From an uncultured Acidobacteriota bacterium (GTDB lineage Bacteria; Acidobacteriota; Terriglobia; Terriglobales; Acidobacteriaceae): 64,000 nucleotides of DNA. Under the pieces are notes generated by a model that worked only from the letters and a program-made list of their open reading frames with translations, was not told the DNA's origin and made no database searches. This document shows, piece after piece, positions 1 through 10,742 of the stretch (position 1 is its first letter; each line of letters begins with the position of its first letter). The position numbers were made by a program, and so were the translations under genes. Where the stretch lies: assembly GCA_963837635.1 (NCBI GenBank), contig CAWINY010000006.1, forward strand, positions 725,236-789,235. The letters are read 5' to 3'.

Positions 1-259
1 AATCCTGTGGCGCGGGAACGAGTTCGTCCTGATAAACGGACGGCTACATCCAGCCAACAATCCGTTTTGCGCGCCACCAGCTCCGACTTCTCCGCGCATG
101 AACGAGTAATCCAACGGATTTCTGACTTATCCGTTAAGGCCTACCGCGGATTCGCGCGGATCGGGCACGGATCAACACGGATCGTTCTCCGATTCTTTCG
201 ATCAGCGCAAATCCGTTCCCGATCCGTGTAATCCGCGGTAAGCCTTAGGGCCGGTGGGC

Positions 260-691
260 TTAGGCCGCCAATTTGACCTTCTGAGGCACGGCGCCAAGTT
301 GCACCAGCATTCCGTACACATCCCAGATCTCGCGCTCTTGTGTCAGTTTGCCCTTGGCGAAGCGACTGACTATCGTACCGTGCACCGTGCACTTCTCGCC
401 GGTGGGCTTGATCCCGAACAGCTCACCGCGATGCGTCCCGGTGGCCGTCCAACAGGTCACCACCTGATCTCCTTCAGCGATCTGATCGTCAATCGACATC
501 CGGACATCGGGGAAGGCGGCCCGGTACATCGAGACGAGTTGCTTATACCCCTCCTTCCCGCGTTTCTCCCCGACCGTAGGCTCATGATAGATGTAGTCGT
601 TGGCAAACAGCTCGTCGCAAACCGCGAAATTGCCCTTGTTAACACACTCTTCGACGATGCGGCGCACAATGGACTTGTTTGTGTCGGACAT
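260..691 (-). CDS. SnoaL-like / ester-cyclase family protein (NTF2-like fold)
   Basis: 143-aa ORF. The pattern 'IVRRIVEECVNKGNF..LFANDYIYHEP...AFPDVRMSIDDQIAEGDQVV..W...GTHRGELFGI.PTGK' is typical of SnoaL/ester-cyclase-like proteins. Confidence 0.6.
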   Translation of the reverse strand: MSDTNKSIVRRIVEECVNKGNFAVCDELFANDYIYHEPTVGEKRGKEGYKQLVSMYRAAFPDVRMSIDDQIAEGDQVVTCWTATGTHRGELFGIKPTGEKCTVHGTIVSRFAKGKLTQEREIWDVYGMLVQLGAVPQKVKLAA

Positions 692-720
692 GACTTCTCC
701 TTCGTTGGGTACTTAGCAGC

Positions 721-772
721 CAGTGATTCAGTACTCAGTGCTCAGGCAACTGAGTACTGGGTACTGAGTACT
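721..772. repeat. 7-mer word array arranged as an imperfect inverted repeat (CAGTACT/CAGTGCT ... CTGAGTACT)
   Basis: cagtgattcagtactcagtgctcagg-caa-ctgagtactgggtactgagtact read directly. Lies between two minus-strand genes. Confidence 0.6.
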
Positions 773-787
773 TAAGAGAACGACGTT

Positions 788-1897
788 TCAGGCCGCCTTG
801 CCCGCGGGATACTGATGCAAGTCCCGCCCGGCATTGCGGCCGAGTTTGGTAATCCAGGATTGGGTTAGCCGGGTTTCGCTTTCTTTCCCGGTGCGGCGGG
901 ACTGGCCGATCCCGCCATTCGAGGGCAGCATGCGGTTCACGAGGCCCAGCAAATCGCTCGTTACTCCGGGGAGGAGGCCATGAAACATGGTCAGCAGCTT
1001 GGCCTGTGGGCTTAGGATGATTTCGGCCTGTCCACGCCGGATGGCCTGCACGATGCGCCGCGCCGCCCTGCGCCCGTTCATCGCCACCAGAGGATTGGTC
1101 GCGCCCAGCGCGAACCACCGGTACTCGGCCCGATGCTGGCCCTTGAAGTAGGCGTTCACATGCGAACCGGTGCGCATCAGGCCGGGCACGACCGTGGTGA
1201 TCTTGATGCCGTCTTTGGCAAGCTCGGCGCGCAAGCCCTCGGAGAAGGCGACCGCCGCGGCCTTGGCGCATCCATAGGGCAAAAGGTGCGGCATAGAAAC
1301 CTTGCCGCCCAGCGAGGTGATGTTGGCGATGTAGCCCGCGCCCCGCCGCAGCATGTGGGGCAGAACCGCCAGCGTGGGATAGACCTGGCCCCAGAACATC
1401 ACGTCCATGGCTTCCTGGAAGTCCACCAGCGTCTGGCTTTCCAGCGGACCCACCATGATCACGCCGGCATTGTTGATGAGAATGTCGATCGTGCCAAAGT
1501 GTGCGATGGCGCGATCGATCATGCTTTGCACGTCGTCGGCGTTGCTGACGTCGCAGACCACCGCCAGCACGGTGGCGCCGAGCTGTTCCAATTCCCGTCG
1601 CGCCCAATCGAGCTCGTCTTGATCCCGTGCGCAGATGACCAGCCGCGCGCCCGCGGATGCGAGTTCGCAGGCCATGGCGAATCCCAGCCCGCGCGAGCCG
1701 CCGGTGATCACGGCAACTTTCCCTTGCACGCTAATTTCACGGTGCCACCGCCGCCACAGCGCCCATCCAGCCACGCCAGCGCCAACCCCGGCGATGGCCA
1801 TGCCAGCAGCCCCGAACATCGCGATCCGCGTCGCCGTCCTGAGCCGTTTCTCAATCGACGTATGCAACCGCATGGAATTATTCCCCGTATGTTCCAT
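788..1897 (-). CDS. SDR family oxidoreductase with N-terminal membrane anchor
   Basis: 369-aa ORF. Has the Rossmann motif 'VAVITGGSRGLGFA', 'NNAG', and a catalytic 'Y..CKAA'-type motif ('PYGCAKAAAVAF'). The N-terminus 'IAMFGAAGMAIAGVGAGVAGWALW' is hydrophobic. Confidence 0.8.
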   Translation of the reverse strand: MEHTGNNSMRLHTSIEKRLRTATRIAMFGAAGMAIAGVGAGVAGWALWRRWHREISVQGKVAVITGGSRGLGFAMACELASAGARLVICARDQDELDWARRELEQLGATVLAVVCDVSNADDVQSMIDRAIAHFGTIDILINNAGVIMVGPLESQTLVDFQEAMDVMFWGQVYPTLAVLPHMLRRGAGYIANITSLGGKVSMPHLLPYGCAKAAAVAFSEGLRAELAKDGIKITTVVPGLMRTGSHVNAYFKGQHRAEYRWFALGATNPLVAMNGRRAARRIVQAIRRGQAEIILSPQAKLLTMFHGLLPGVTSDLLGLVNRMLPSNGGIGQSRRTGKESETRLTQSWITKLGRNAGRDLHQYPAGKAA

Positions 1898-2020
1898 TGA
1901 GTTGCTTGGAGCGAGTTTGCAGTTGCCAGGGGTAAGGCGTGAAAACCATACTGCGGATTAGAGGGATAGAAGCCGGATTAGCGCGGAGTTGCGATCAAGC
2001 GAGTCGCGGGACCTTGACGC

Positions 2021-4375
2021 CTAAGCCACGGCCGCTCGCTTCAGGACCGGGGCCTCGTCCAGGGTGCGGCGAACCGCATGCGCCAGGGTCGCCAGGGAGA
2101 AGGGCTTTTGCAGGAAGGTTGCCCGGCCATTCTGAAGCGCCTGCTCCGGAGGCATCTGCTCCGCGTATCCAGACATGAAAATGACCCTGAGTTCAGGGCG
2201 TGCCACGACTAAGTCGGCTATCAGCTCGGGCCCGGTGCGCCCGGGCATGATGACGTCCGTCACCACAATATGGATCTGATCGCGGTGCGCCTTGAAGATC
2301 TCCAGCGCCTGCGCGGCGTCCCGGGCCGCAAGTACGGTAAAGCCCTTGGCGTGAAGGAACTCGGCGGCGGCCTCGCGCAACGAATCCTCATCCTCCACCA
2401 GCAGGATGGTTTCCGAGCCCCGAACCTCGCATTCCGCGGTCATTGACGCCATCTGCTCGGCGGTCTCGGATTCCTCCAGCCGCGGGAGGTAGGCGCGGAA
2501 TGTGGTTCCCTTTCCCGGATCGCTACTGACGAACACGTGTCCGCCGCTTTGGCGGACGATGCCATAGACGGTGGACAGGCCCAGGCCGGTGCCTTTACCC
2601 CGTTCCTTGGTGGTGAAGAATGGTTCAAAGATATGGGGTAAGGCCCCCGGCGCAATCCCCTCCCCGGTGTCGGTCACCGAGAGCATGACGTACTCGCCCG
2701 GCTTGAGCGGCGCCGGCGCCGGCCCCGGCCAGTCGCCGAATACCGCCCGGGCGGTATGGATCGTAAGTTGGCCGCCCCGCGGCATGGCGTCCCGCGCATT
2801 CACCGCAAGGTTCATGATGACCTGCTCGATTTGCGCCGGATCGGCCAGCACATTGCCGGCTTCGGGCGAAAGCACAAGCGAAACTCGGATCTGTTCGCCC
2901 AGCAAGCGGGGCAGCATTTTGCCGGTCTCCTCGAGGACCGAGTTCAGCCGCAGGACCCTGGGGGACATGACCTGGTTCCGGCTGAAGGCCAGCAGTTGCC
3001 GGGTCAAGCTGGCGGCCCGGCGCGTGGCGCTCAGGATCGAATCGGCGTGACGCCGCAGGCGCCCTTTCTCGACCTGGGCATCGCCTTCGGTCTCGTCGCG
3101 CACGAACTCGGCGTAGCTGCTGATCACCATCAGCACATTGTTGAAGTCGTGGGCTACCCCGCCGGCGAGCTGCCCGATGGCCTCCATTTTTTGCGCCTGC
3201 AAGAGTTGCCGGGCCAGATTGCGAGACTCCGTAATGTCGAGCACCGTGCCCTCGATCGCGATCGGGCGCCCCTCGCCATCACGTAACAGGGTGGAATTGC
3301 TGAGCACCCAGGCCTCGCTTCCGTCCCGCTTGCGAACCCGGCTCTCCCGGTTCAGGACCACCGGATCGTGTTCCATATCCTCCGCCACCCGCTCGCCATG
3401 TTCCGGACCGGCATACAGCGTGCGGATCGAGACCCCGGCGGCCTCCTGCCGGGAAGCGAAGCCAAAAATGCGGGCAAATGAGTCGTTGCATTCAATCAAT
3501 TCCCCGGCCGGCGAAGCCCGGAAGACCCCGGCGAGGTTGCGCTCGAACAAGGTGCGATAGCGTTCCTCCGAGATCGCCCGCATCTCCATCGCCCGCTTGC
3601 GCTCGCTGATGTCGCGCTGGTTGAGCACGATGGCATGCACCGCGGGATGCTCCAGATGGTTGACGCAGGTGGCTTCCACGTCGATATAGCGGCCTGCTGG
3701 AGCGGCCACCCGGTACTCCAGCGTAAAGGGCTGGCCCCTCCTGGCAAGCCCCCTTCTCATGGCCCGGATCACGGCGGGGCGGTCTTCCGGGTGGAGAAAG
3801 CCGGCGGCAGCGCGCCCGGACACTTGCTCGCTGGAATAGCCCAAAATGCGCTCGCCGGCACGGCTCTGGTACAGGACGATTCCGTTGCGGTCGATGAGCG
3901 TCAGGACATCGGAACTGTTTTCCACCAGCGCCCGGAAGCGCTCCTCACTGGCGCGCATGGCTTCGCGCGCATGGCGCAGAACGTTGTCCTTTTTCTTCAG
4001 ATTGAGCGCGTAGCGCACCGCCAGCCGTAGCGCCGCCTCGCTTAATTTCGATTTCGGCAGGTAGTCGGTGGCGCCCGCTTTCATGGCGAGGATGGCCACT
4101 TGCTCGTCGCCCTGGTCGCTGATGAAGACCACGGGCGCGGGCAGGCCCTGGCGGCGCAGTTTCTGCAGCAATTCCAAGCCGTTATCGGGACCCAGGCGGT
4201 AATCGATCAGAAGCAGGTCGTAGTGAGAGGTGGTTAGCAGCACGGTCGCCTCGTTGGCGGTCCGCGCCTGATCGAGGACCAAGTCGACCTCCGGCAGGCC
4301 ACGGCGCAGCAGGTCGCTGACGAGCAGAAAATCGTTCTCGTCGTCGTCCGCGATCAAAATCCGCAGCTTCTGCAT
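2021..4375 (-). CDS. Hybrid sensor histidine kinase / response regulator (REC-PAS-PAS-HisKA-HATPase-REC)
   Basis: 784 aa. N-terminal receiver ('[11 protein letters not shown]...LLLIDYRLG'), PAS-like repeats, H-box '[11 protein letters not shown]', ATP lid 'DTGEGI...[11 protein letters not shown]', C-terminal receiver ('[11 protein letters not shown]...VVTDVIMPG'). Confidence 0.85.
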   Translation of the reverse strand: MQKLRILIADDDENDFLLVSDLLRRGLPEVDLVLDQARTANEATVLLTTSHYDLLLIDYRLGPDNGLELLQKLRRQGLPAPVVFISDQGDEQVAILAMKAGATDYLPKSKLSEAALRLAVRYALNLKKKDNVLRHAREAMRASEERFRALVENSSDVLTLIDRNGIVLYQSRAGERILGYSSEQVSGRAAAGFLHPEDRPAVIRAMRRGLARRGQPFTLEYRVAAPAGRYIDVEATCVNHLEHPAVHAIVLNQRDISERKRAMEMRAISEERYRTLFERNLAGVFRASPAGELIECNDSFARIFGFASRQEAAGVSIRTLYAGPEHGERVAEDMEHDPVVLNRESRVRKRDGSEAWVLSNSTLLRDGEGRPIAIEGTVLDITESRNLARQLLQAQKMEAIGQLAGGVAHDFNNVLMVISSYAEFVRDETEGDAQVEKGRLRRHADSILSATRRAASLTRQLLAFSRNQVMSPRVLRLNSVLEETGKMLPRLLGEQIRVSLVLSPEAGNVLADPAQIEQVIMNLAVNARDAMPRGGQLTIHTARAVFGDWPGPAPAPLKPGEYVMLSVTDTGEGIAPGALPHIFEPFFTTKERGKGTGLGLSTVYGIVRQSGGHVFVSSDPGKGTTFRAYLPRLEESETAEQMASMTAECEVRGSETILLVEDEDSLREAAAEFLHAKGFTVLAARDAAQALEIFKAHRDQIHIVVTDVIMPGRTGPELIADLVVARPELRVIFMSGYAEQMPPEQALQNGRATFLQKPFSLATLAHAVRRTLDEAPVLKRAAVA

Positions 4376-4519
4376 GAGCCGCGCGCTCCGGGGACAGAGG
4401 TCCGTACCGCACTTGGATCTCTAAGTTGGAAGCAAAAGAGGAAGGGCCGGTGACCGTGCAAGTGCAGAAGATTGCAAACCCGGTTGCAAATCCGGAAGCG
4501 GACCAAAATGGTCGGGCGG

Positions 4520-4601
4520 CCCACTCAAGCACGCTTTTGCTTGAGTGGGGCATTTCTCAGGCACACCAAACCCACTCAAGCCAACACCAGGCTTGAGTGG
4601 G
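4520..4601. repeat. Two tandem REP-like hairpins (CCCACTCAAGC-N-GCTTGAGTGGG)
   Basis: Hairpin 1 is 4520-4549 and hairpin 2 is 4571-4601. A half copy 'gcttgagtggg' recurs at 33271-33281. Confidence 0.6.
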
Positions 4602-4657
4602 CCACCCACCAAGCCCCGGCTGGATGGGCCGGGGCGTCCGTTGTTGCCGCAGTTCGA

Positions 4658-6166
4658 TCACGGGGTGAAGGCAAACTGGTCGCAGGTCCCGTTGAGCAAT
4701 TGATTGGGTGCGGGGATATCCTTCGGCGTGGTCAAGTTCGGCCCTGACCAGTCGAACAAGCCAGAGTCAACCGAAAGGTCCGGCATGCTGGCATCGCGTT
4801 GCGTCAAAGGCGACAGATTGAAACGGCTCTCGATCAATTTCAGGATCGCCGTGTTGTCGTAACCGGTGTGCGTGATGGCGTGGGGCGTGGCAAAGGGCGA
4901 CACGATCATCACCGGAAGGCGGTAGCCGGTGCGGGTGAAATCGCAACCCGGCCCGGAAGTGCAGACCGTGCCCGCCGCATCCTGCGGCTGGATCCCGTCC
5001 GGGTTGGGCACGTTCAACGGCTGTACGTGGTCGAAGAAATCGCCACCTTCATCGTAGGTCAGGATAAAGATTGTGCCTGCCCACACCGCCGGATCCGGGC
5101 TCTTTTGCACGGCGTCGATCAGGCTCTTCACGTATGCGGCCCCGACCTGAGCACTGCTCTTCGGATGCTCGTCCAGCCCGGTTTCGTAGCCGCCCTCGAT
5201 CTGGACGACCGCCGGCAGGGTGCTGTCGCTCTGCACGTCGGTGAAGAATTCGCTGACCGGCTTCACGTTGGCTTGCATCTTTGGGTCGTTCGAACTGGAA
5301 AAATTTTGGAAGTACTGATCCTGATTGGCGGGTGCGCAGGTTACGCCGGGTTGTCGAGCGTCGATTTTTCCGTGGCAATCCGTGTAATAAATCCTCCAGC
5401 TCACGCCCGCCGCCTGGAGGCGGTCGAAGATGGTAGGCACGTTCAACTGGGCTAACGGCTGGCTGACATGGCCTTGCGAGGTGGCCGCATATAGATAGAT
5501 CCGGTTGACCTGGGTGCGGGTGGGCGCCGGAGCGAACCAGTTGTCCGCCAACGCGTACTGACTTGTCATGAAATAGTAGTAGTTGAGCTCCGTTTGGTCG
5601 TAGAAGCCCATGGCCCGATAACCGCACACATCACGCAGGCCCACCCCGGGGGCCGTAGGAACATCGGGGGAAGTGCTGGCGTAGTTGCCCGCCGTATGGG
5701 CAAAGCCATCGCCCTTGAATGTGGTTGAGGTGGGGTCGCTCATGTTGTAGGCCACGTGGCTCTCGCTCCAGAAGGGGCTGAGGTTCTGCAGGCAAACCGT
5801 CCTCAGATGGAACGGGGGAATCGAGCTCCCAGCAACGGGACAGGTTTTCCCATCCACATCGGTCCCCGTGAAGGCTGGGTTGGGCTCGGGGTTGGCCGGC
5901 GTAACGTGAACGTCGGTCGATAAATGGAGCGATGCGCGGTATTTGTTGATCTGGCTGTAGTAGTGGTCGAAACCTTCATTTTCCTGCGCGATGAAGATGA
6001 TGTGCTTCACCGCCGTCTGGAAGGTGGCGGTGGTGGTCCCGCCGCTGGGGCCGGTATTGGTCGGTGGGGCATTGCTGCTGCCGCTCACTCCGGAGCAAGC
6101 CGATAACAAAGCAAGGCTGAGAAAGACAATCGTGATCGGGAACAGCCGGTTTTTCCAGAACGCCAT
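4658..6166 (-). CDS. Phosphoesterase-family protein (phospholipase C / acid-phosphatase-like), predicted lipoprotein
   Basis: 502 aa. Lipobox-like 'LSLALLSAC|SG'. Phosphoesterase-family signatures 'IFIAQENEGFDHYY' and 'ILTYDEGGDFFDHV'. Confidence 0.7.
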   Translation of the reverse strand: MAFWKNRLFPITIVFLSLALLSACSGVSGSSNAPPTNTGPSGGTTTATFQTAVKHIIFIAQENEGFDHYYSQINKYRASLHLSTDVHVTPANPEPNPAFTGTDVDGKTCPVAGSSIPPFHLRTVCLQNLSPFWSESHVAYNMSDPTSTTFKGDGFAHTAGNYASTSPDVPTAPGVGLRDVCGYRAMGFYDQTELNYYYFMTSQYALADNWFAPAPTRTQVNRIYLYAATSQGHVSQPLAQLNVPTIFDRLQAAGVSWRIYYTDCHGKIDARQPGVTCAPANQDQYFQNFSSSNDPKMQANVKPVSEFFTDVQSDSTLPAVVQIEGGYETGLDEHPKSSAQVGAAYVKSLIDAVQKSPDPAVWAGTIFILTYDEGGDFFDHVQPLNVPNPDGIQPQDAAGTVCTSGPGCDFTRTGYRLPVMIVSPFATPHAITHTGYDNTAILKLIESRFNLSPLTQRDASMPDLSVDSGLFDWSGPNLTTPKDIPAPNQLLNGTCDQFAFTP

Positions 6167-6341
6167 GGGACCCTGGCACCTCTCGTGAGACTTAACTCAA
6201 GGCCGTTGGATGGAAGCGGTGCTCCTGGTGTTGGCTCCGGCTGCTCACAATTTGTGAGTTGCAAGCGAACATCCCTTGGCTGGCTATTCTCATCCCCAAC
6301 CAAGCCCTTGGCATTGCCTGGGCTGGTCGCTTTGATTAGGA

Positions 6342-8069
6342 TTGCCGTCCATGCTGGTTTTCCGCAAACCACTGGCTGGTATCGAGCGTCCGCAGATGGA
6401 GGCCGACATCGTAATCGTCGGCGGCGGACCGGCGGGCATGGCCTGCGCGCTCCGTTTATCCCAACTGATTGATCAGCACAACGTCAGTCATCCCGATCAG
6501 CCACTGACCAAGGACAACATTTACCTGCTGGAAAAGGCGCGGGAGATCGGTGCGCACTGCTTGTCGGGTGCGCTGCTCGACCCGCGCTCGATGCGCGAAT
6601 TGTTGCCCGGCTTCGAGCAGGAGGCGCCCATCGAGGCGGAGGTCGGCGCAAAGGAAGCAGTCTATTACCTCACCCGCAGCGGGCAGTTCCGGCTGCCGAT
6701 TACTCCGCCGCCGCTGCGCGACCACGGCAACTACGTCATCTCGCTGAACCGCTTCGTGAAGTGGCTGGGAGGCAAAGTGGAGGAGGCCGGGGTGACCGTC
6801 TTCACCGGCTTTGCCGCCTCGGAAATCCTGGTCGAAGGCGATCGCGTGATCGGGGTTCGCACCGACGACAAGGGCCTCGACAAGAACAATCAGCCGAAGG
6901 CCAACTTCGAGCCGGGGTACGACCTGAAAGCGAAGCTGGTGATCTTCGCCGAAGGCGCCCGCGGAAGCTGCACCAAGCAGTTGATCGGCCGCTTCCAGTT
7001 GGACCGCGAGCGCAATCCGCAGACCTATGGCGTGGGCGTGAAGGAGCTGTGGGAGGTGCCCGCGGGCCGTGTGGCCCCGGGCGAGGTGATCTACACCATG
7101 GGCTGGCCGCTGACCACGAAAGAGTACGGCGGCTCGTGGATCTACGGCGGCAAAGATAACGTGGTATCGCTCGGCTTCGTCACCGGGCTCGATTATCCCG
7201 ACCCGCGTCTGGACCCGCATCGCGTGCTGCAGGAATTCAAGACGCATCCTTTCGTGCGCAGGCTTTTGGAAGGCGGCAAGATGATCCGCTATGGCGCCAA
7301 GGCGCTGCCTTACGTAGGATGGTGGGCGATCCCGCCGCTGGCCGGCGCCGGATGGATGATCGTCGGCGACGCCGCGGGCTTCCTCAACTCACAGCGGCTC
7401 AAGGGAATTCATCTGGCCATCAAGAGCGGCATGCTGGCGGCCGAGACTGCCTTTGACGCCATGCGCAACGACGATTTTTCGCCGGCTCAGTTGAGCGCGT
7501 ATTCGCAGCGGGTGGAGACAAGCTGGATCAAGCAGGAACTTTGGCCTGTGCGCAACTTCCACCAGGGATTCGAGCATGGCTTCTGGCAGGGCATGTGGCA
7601 CGCTGCCCTCCAGCAGTTTACAGGTGGGCGCGGCCTGCAGGAGCGGTATCCGGCCTGCGCAGGTCATGCCCGCTTGAAGAAGCTAAGCGATTGTCCCGCG
7701 GACGGCGGAGAAGAGGCGCACCTGCTCAATGATTTCCGGGGCGACGGCAAGCTGACCTTCGATAAGCTCACCGACGTCTATCACTCGGGCACCAAGCACG
7801 AGGAGGATCAACCCGCGCACCTAGTCATTCACGATACGGAGATTTGCAACACCCGCTGCACCCGAGAGTATGGCAATCCCTGCCAGCACTTCTGTCCGGC
7901 AAAGGTCTACGAGATGAACGAGGCAGCGGAGGCGCCCGGCGGCAAAGAGATCCACTTGAACCCCTCCAACTGCGTGCATTGCAAGACCTGCGACATCATG
8001 GACCCCTACCAGATCATCACCTGGGTGCCGCCGGAGGGCGGCGGCGGCCCAAACTACGATGGCATGTAA
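6342..8069 (+). CDS. Electron-transfer flavoprotein:ubiquinone oxidoreductase (ETF-QO)
   Basis: 575 aa. FAD dinucleotide fold 'DIVIVGGGPAGMACALRL'. C-terminal 4Fe-4S region 'CPAKVYE....NPSNCVHCKTCDIMDP'. Ends 'PPEGGGGPNYDGM' as in ETF-QO. The start could be 6342 or a nearby Met. Confidence 0.85.
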   Translation: MPSMLVFRKPLAGIERPQMEADIVIVGGGPAGMACALRLSQLIDQHNVSHPDQPLTKDNIYLLEKAREIGAHCLSGALLDPRSMRELLPGFEQEAPIEAEVGAKEAVYYLTRSGQFRLPITPPPLRDHGNYVISLNRFVKWLGGKVEEAGVTVFTGFAASEILVEGDRVIGVRTDDKGLDKNNQPKANFEPGYDLKAKLVIFAEGARGSCTKQLIGRFQLDRERNPQTYGVGVKELWEVPAGRVAPGEVIYTMGWPLTTKEYGGSWIYGGKDNVVSLGFVTGLDYPDPRLDPHRVLQEFKTHPFVRRLLEGGKMIRYGAKALPYVGWWAIPPLAGAGWMIVGDAAGFLNSQRLKGIHLAIKSGMLAAETAFDAMRNDDFSPAQLSAYSQRVETSWIKQELWPVRNFHQGFEHGFWQGMWHAALQQFTGGRGLQERYPACAGHARLKKLSDCPADGGEEAHLLNDFRGDGKLTFDKLTDVYHSGTKHEEDQPAHLVIHDTEICNTRCTREYGNPCQHFCPAKVYEMNEAAEAPGGKEIHLNPSNCVHCKTCDIMDPYQIITWVPPEGGGGPNYDGM

Positions 8070-8123
8070 GGCAGGAAAGTCCAACGCGAAAACGCAAAGG
8101 CGCGACGAATCGGAAAACCGAAG

Positions 8124-8621
8124 CTAAGGCATGAGCCTAGTGGTGGCCGTATTGACCGCCTGCCATTTGCCGTCGCGCTTGACGAACACATCGGTAAAGC
8201 GGTAATCGCCGGTGATGTCTTCCCCATTTTCCTGCCCTTTGACATGGGCTATACCGGTCACAATGCCTGTATCGCCGTACATGCGAATCTCCAGGTCGCT
8301 GTTGGAAATATCGGTGTAGTTCGCGTTGGCCAGCGCCGCGATGTCTTCCTGCTGCCCATGCACCTTGCCGTCGGCGGTGATGGACTGATAATCCAGCGCT
8401 TCGATCCGGGCTATTTCCACTTTGTTCTTTTGTACGGTAGCCTTGACCCAGTCGTCTTCCATCTGTTTGAGTTGCGCGGAGGCGTTCAAAGTTTCAGAAG
8501 CGACCCCCGTGTTGCCCGTCGTGGGCGAAGGATCAGCCATGGCCGACGGTTGCGATCGCTGAGCGAAAGCCATCGTGCCAGTGAAAAGCAGCAATCCCAG
8601 GACTGCCGTCACGTATCTCAT
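8124..8621 (-). CDS. Secreted DUF4440/SnoaL-like (NTF2-fold) protein
   Basis: The track ORF (8124..8996) was trimmed to the Met at 8621, which begins the signal peptide 'MRYVTAVLGLLLFTGTMAFAQ'. The C-terminus 'DYRFTDVFVKRDGKWQAV' is typical of DUF4440. Confidence 0.55.
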   Translation of the reverse strand: MRYVTAVLGLLLFTGTMAFAQRSQPSAMADPSPTTGNTGVASETLNASAQLKQMEDDWVKATVQKNKVEIARIEALDYQSITADGKVHGQQEDIAALANANYTDISNSDLEIRMYGDTGIVTGIAHVKGQENGEDITGDYRFTDVFVKRDGKWQAVNTATTRLMP

Positions 8622-8913
8622 GCAGGCTCCTCTAGCGTGTGCCCTACTCCAGCCACCCATCTTGGCCGGACCGGACATTCGATTCTCAACAGATTCCAAT
8701 CTACTGGCCAGGGTTGCAGCTATTCTTTGAGAACTGTCAAGAGCGCTTACCGATTTGGAACAAGCGCTGTTGGCTCTTGAAACACACCCACATCTGCTAA
8801 AACCAGGCACTTCCGACGGGCTCGATGTGGGACACCGGCTCACAGCCGGGCTCTTCCGACCAAGACAAAATCCAAAGGCGGTTTTTCCAAAGCAGTGGGC
8901 TGGGCAAGGAACT

Positions 8914-10182
8914 CTAGGCGGTGCGCGACTCGTGGTGCTGCGGGCTGCTGATTCTGAGCCGCTCGATGTGGCGATCAGTCGAGGCGAGCACCTCAAAGCG
9001 GAGCCCGTCGTGCTCTAGCACCTCCCCGGGCTGTGGGATGCGGCCGAGCTCCTCGCTGACCAGGCCCGCCACGGTGGTGGCCTCGCCCCCTGCCAGCCGC
9101 ACGCCGAACAGGTCCTCAATCCGGTCTACGTCGAGACTACCGGGCACGATGTACGAGTGCTCGCCCTCGCGGACCACGTCCGCCTTGGCTTCATGCTCAT
9201 CGCGAATCTCGCCCACGATCTCCTCGACCATGTCTTCGATGGTCACCAGACCGGCGACGCCGCCGTACTCGTCGATCACGATCGCCATATGCGTATTCTG
9301 CTTCTGCAGTTCGCGCAGCAGATCGCTGACCAGTTTGCTCTCGGGGACGAAGGTCACGTCGCGATGCATCAACTCGCCCACGGTGCGCGTGTGCGCCTCC
9401 ACGTCGGCTATCTGAAGCACGTCGTGAGCAAAGACAATGCCTTGAATGTTATCCAGCGAGCCCTCATAGACCGGGACTCGCGAATAGGGCTTGGCGCGCA
9501 GCATCTCAATGAACTGCTCGACCGTGGTGCTGGCCGGCGCGGCCTTCATGGCCGGTCGCGGCGTCATCACCTCGCGCACCGTTTTGTCGCCGAACTCCAC
9601 GACCGAGTGGATCAACTCGCGATCGCTTTCTTCGAGGATGCCTTCTTCCTGCCCCGCTTCGATCAGCGCATCCACCGCCTCGGACGGATGCTCCGGTTCC
9701 GGGTCGCCGTGCTCGCGGGTCAGCGCCGCCACCGACATGCAAAATCCCAACAGCAGCGTGAGCGGCAGAACCAGATACATCAGTCCCCGCAGTACCGAGA
9801 TGAACTTGACCAGCCACTTTCCCTTGGTGCGAGAGAAGAGCAGGAAGGGCAGCAGGTGGGCGAACACCAGGATGCCTAGCACGACGCCGACAATCGCCTG
9901 CGTCAGGTCGCCCGCATCCCATCCCAAATGGCGAACCACCGCAGTGACGACGAGCACGGCGATGGCCGCAATGCTGAGCTGAGTGAGCACGGCCATGGAC
10001 AAGCGCGCCCGGTCGTGACTAAGGCCGAGCTTCGGCTCGACATGCTGCTCAAAGGCCTCGATGTTTTCCTGAAATTCCCGCGACAGAAACTTGCCGGCTT
10101 CCCTATAGAGCCGATCGGTGTAGGAAGCCAGCGTCAGCACGGCCAGCAGCCCAATCAGCGGAAGGATGAGGGAGAGCATCAT
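8914..10182 (-). CDS. CNNM/HlyC-CorC family transporter (DUF21 TM domain + CBS pair + CorC_HlyC)
   Basis: 422 aa. N-terminal TM helices, a CBS-pair region ('VREVMTPR...'), and a C-terminal 'HSYIVPGSLDVDRIEDLFG...GLRFEVL' transporter-associated domain. Start overlaps the ybeY stop. Confidence 0.8.
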   Translation of the reverse strand: MMLSLILPLIGLLAVLTLASYTDRLYREAGKFLSREFQENIEAFEQHVEPKLGLSHDRARLSMAVLTQLSIAAIAVLVVTAVVRHLGWDAGDLTQAIVGVVLGILVFAHLLPFLLFSRTKGKWLVKFISVLRGLMYLVLPLTLLLGFCMSVAALTREHGDPEPEHPSEAVDALIEAGQEEGILEESDRELIHSVVEFGDKTVREVMTPRPAMKAAPASTTVEQFIEMLRAKPYSRVPVYEGSLDNIQGIVFAHDVLQIADVEAHTRTVGELMHRDVTFVPESKLVSDLLRELQKQNTHMAIVIDEYGGVAGLVTIEDMVEEIVGEIRDEHEAKADVVREGEHSYIVPGSLDVDRIEDLFGVRLAGGEATTVAGLVSEELGRIPQPGEVLEHDGLRFEVLASTDRHIERLRISSPQHHESRTA

Positions 10183-10742
10183 CGTTTCCTCCCGCGCTTG
10201 GCTCGCTCCTTAATCGGTTCTGGCTTGGAATGTGACTCCTTGAAAGGGCGTGGCTTCAGCCGCGCCGTCAGCCTCCCTTTGCTAGCGGCTTTAGCCGCTG
10301 AGGGAACTTCTTGGGTCCGCTCGATCAACGATTCCGGCAACCGCAACTGTTTCCGCAGCGCCGCTTCCTTGCGTGCCATCTCGCCATCATCGGTCTCGTG
10401 GTCATACCCCGCCAGATGCAAGACCCCGTGCAGTACCAGAACCTTCAACTCGTCGCCCATACTGTGCCCCAGGCGTTCGGCGTTTTCGCTGGCAATCTCG
10501 GCTGAGATCGCGATATCCCCTTGGAGGCCATTTGTCATTGGTGCTGCAGCACTGGGAAACGACAACACATCGGTGGGCTTGTCCTTATGGCGAAAACGGC
10601 GGTTCAGCTCCTGGAGCTCGCGGCTGGAAGTGATCAGCACATCAACCAGCCCGCGCACTCCGGCGGCTCGCCGGGCCTTTGCCAGGAAGCGGGCCAGGGC
10701 CAACTGGCTCACGTCGACCCTCTGTTTTCTAACCGTAACCAA
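10179..10742 (-). CDS. ybeY: rRNA maturation RNase YbeY with a ~45-aa Lys/Arg-rich C-terminal extension
   Basis: Metal-binding motif 'HGVLHLAGYDHE'. The extension 'SAAKAASKGRLTARLKPRPFK...' is encoded by REP-like sequence (see findings). Confidence 0.85.
   Translation of the reverse strand: MVTVRKQRVDVSQLALARFLAKARRAAGVRGLVDVLITSSRELQELNRRFRHKDKPTDVLSFPSAAAPMTNGLQGDIAISAEIASENAERLGHSMGDELKVLVLHGVLHLAGYDHETDDGEMARKEAALRKQLRLPESLIERTQEVPSAAKAASKGRLTARLKPRPFKESHSKPEPIKERAKRGRKR
10286..10305. repeat. 20-nt REP word CGGCTTTAGCCGCTGAGGGA (copy 1, inside the ybeY tail)
   Basis: An identical 20-mer is at 19853-19872. Confidence 0.7.

Noticed and set aside
4520-4601. HspR/HAIR half-sites inside the CCCACTCAAGC...GCTTGAGTGGG hairpins
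   Set aside because: The half-sites are in the opposite polarity (ACTCAAG-N10-CTTGAGT) and belong to a dispersed REP word also seen at 33271-33281. The resemblance is coincidental.
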